In this document: piece by piece, positions 63,450 to 64,000 of the stretch
How the letters are laid out: every line of letters begins with the position of its first letter
Position numbering within the stretch: position 1 is the stretch's first letter
From: Macrostomum lignano
Lineage: Eukaryota
Direction of reading: 5' to 3'
DNA: 64,000 bases
Assembly: GCA_002269645.1 (NCBI GenBank)
Contig: NIVC01000064.1
Span: 248,001-312,000 of the forward strand
The notes under the pieces: generated by a model
Database searches by the model: none
What the model saw: the letters and a program-made list of their open reading frames with translations, nothing else
What the model was told of the DNA's origin: nothing
Position numbers and translations under genes: made by a program

Positions 63450-64000
63450 ATAATTTAATAGCTTATTGACATAATATTAACAATACTGAAGCCATAATTA
63501 TTTATCTACTAAAGCTTATGTTATTTGCAATGGCGCATGGCACGTGAACAGTTGGCTGAAGTTGCACGAGTAAAATAGTCCCTTTGAAAACGTTACCCAC
63601 TAGTGACTCTATCGACTCTGGGGCGATTCTTGGCCTAGGAACCGTTTTCATTGGGATTATTTAAGTCCCTATATTGGGTGTTGTTCACTTAGATGCTCGT
63701 ATTCTATTATTTTTGTTTGGATTCTAAACAAACACGTTGTACTTTAGTTTCTTCATTAATATACTATCATTAATTATAGTTCCAGCTCTCCTCACCTCTT
63801 ATCACCTCTCCGCAGGTCATAATATTATTTTTAGAATAACTATATCTATTTTATAATAATATTTAAATAAAATCCTAATGATTACTTTAGCTTTAAAATG
63901 GTAGTCTAAAATCACTGTTAAAGTGACTTACCCTAATTGTAAACCGCTTTGTAGAATGCCCTTTAAATCACCTTTTGTTGTTACTGAATCGCCTGTAAGA

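Overview
Eukaryotic (metazoan) genomic DNA with spliced genes. A free-living flatworm such as Macrostomum is my inference from gene style, not a demonstrated origin. Manual exon assembly gives: a 5-exon fizzy-related/Cdh1 gene with altered APC/C-binding motifs (4365-8650); three tandem secreted WSC + PAN/apple-like paralogs (A 20509-23967 with a GC-AG intron; B 27399-28739; C 36654-51363, a pseudogene with two nonsense codons); a 4-exon secreted fibrinogen-related gene with two unassigned tandem N-terminal domains and a furin-type site (52126-55182); and a 4-exon divergent CAF1/CNOT7 deadenylase (61228-63449). A complete 9.4-kb EnSpm/CMC transposon (11-bp TIRs, AC TSD, two head-to-head genes) splits a minisatellite in intron 2 of copy C. 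The remainder holds mariner relics, LINE fragments, tRNA-derived SINEs (one CORE-like), MITEs, two LTR-like segments, a minimal Penelope-type hammerhead ribozyme and about 20 different mini/microsatellite arrays, many private to a single intron. The long ORFs over the arrays are treated as artefacts. No database searches were run.
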